This document shows positions 63,288-64,000 of a DNA stretch of 64,000 bases, in pieces. Under the pieces are notes generated by a model, which made no database searches, was not told the DNA's origin, and worked only from the letters and a program-made list of their open reading frames with translations. The translations under genes were made by a program, and so were the position numbers. Location: NCBI GenBank assembly GCA_963828125.1, contig CAWHDP010000002.1:1440001-1504000 (forward strand). Reading direction: 5' to 3'. The stretch's first letter is position 1. Each line of letters starts with the position of its first letter. The stretch comes from an uncultured Chlamydiae bacterium (GTDB taxonomy: Bacteria; Chlamydiota; Chlamydiia; Chlamydiales; SM23-39).

Positions 63288-64000
63288 TTACGAAGAATAT
63301 TTGGTCGAGATATAGGAAGCATTTGGATCGCTTTCTGAGGTTCCAATACGCACAATGACCCCTTCTTCTTGCAGCTGTTTAAGTCGAACCCTGGTTGTTC
63401 TTGCAGATACTTTCCATAGCTTCATCGCTGATTTTGCACTAACAGTGTTCCCTTTCTTCAAATATTCCAGGAGTTTTTTCCCCCAAGGCCGTACAGCTAT
63501 TTCCCTGATTTGTTCCGAATAAAGGGTCAGTCTAAATTGGTTGTTTAGTTCTTCAATAAGAGGCGATTTAAGCCCTTGCGCTTTACAAGTCTCCATGATT
63601 CGGCGCAGGCCAGATCCCCACTGTTCTGTGAGATGTAGTTCTCGAAAAACGCGAGCAATGACACGATTCCTGATTCTCGAGGAGCCAGAAAGAGCCTTTT
63701 CGATTGTTTGCCCAAATGGAAGCCCTCCAGGATTTGTGAACTCGATGCGATCACTAAAAATGGCAACCTGAATATGACACCCAGTCATCGCATAGTCCGT
63801 GTGAAGAAGAGCATTCATTACAGCTTCACGGATTGCCACAGCAGGATACTGAGGAATATCTTCGCGTTGCATACGCCCGATCCGACCTTCTTTTGAGATG
63901 TTTCGTTCAATAAAGGCGATGATTTTATCAGCCGCTAAGGGTAAAGGTGCGTCGATATCGGTTTGATCTAGGATTTTTTCTCTGGTCATTCCAGCGAACA
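63288..64000 (-). CDS. HATPase_c_4/RecG-C-like ATP-binding protein with C-terminal HTH, 3' part (start outside window)
   Basis: YP.VAIREAVMNALLHTDY, DRIEFTNPGGLP, RNRVIARVF and EQWGSG. Confidence 0.85.
   Translation of the reverse strand, partial: FAGMTREKILDQTDIDAPLPLAADKIIAFIERNISKEGRIGRMQREDIPQYPAVAIREAVMNALLHTDYAMTGCHIQVAIFSDRIEFTNPGGLPFGQTIEKALSGSSRIRNRVIARVFRELHLTEQWGSGLRRIMETCKAQGLKSPLIEELNNQFRLTLYSEQIREIAVRPWGKKLLEYLKKGNTVSAKSAMKLWKVSARTTRVRLKQLQEEGVIVRIGTSESDPNASYISTKYSS

Larger units (their letters stand above)
46187..64000. mobile_element. Genomic (defence) island downstream of tRNA-Pro; right boundary not in window
   Basis: Abrupt switch to R-M, IS and phage-like genes after the tRNA and tandem arm-type repeats at 46,250. 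No integrase or duplicated tRNA 3' end was seen in the window. Confidence 0.75.

Overview
This is chromosomal DNA, most likely from an environmental member of Chlamydiota. The evidence is thrS-parA-pGP6-D synteny, a CT623-like outer-membrane protein and a chlamydial-type beta-barrel. It has five blocks. (1) 1-5.4 kb: lipoprotein, TPR protein, MFS transporter and a secreted repeat protein. (2) 5.4-20.1 kb: one giant (~4,900 aa) HMW1/FHA-type two-partner-secretion exoprotein with ~27 x 83-aa repeats in a higher-order 1,245-bp period, split by a single extra base in a homopolymer. (3) 20.2-33 kb: housekeeping genes (thrS with ~8 indels that are probably read errors, parA, pGP6-D, purB), orphan effector-like genes and two outer-membrane proteins. 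(4) 33-46 kb: a partly decayed glycan locus with an apparently intact GtrB / SMR-flippase / twin GT-C-like cassette, then rsm22, an efflux pair, ung and tRNA-Pro(GGG). (5) 46.2 kb to the end: an island downstream of the tRNA. It carries a type I R-M operon with a Schlafen/AlbA_2-ATPase gene between hsdS and hsdR, a solo Cas4-like nuclease, nested ISL3/IS256 scars and an AT-rich operon with a phosphotransferase / guanylate-kinase-like fusion. An unannotated palindromic MITE-like element occurs twice. No CRISPR array or rRNA was seen. All family assignments come from reading motifs by eye, not from database searches.
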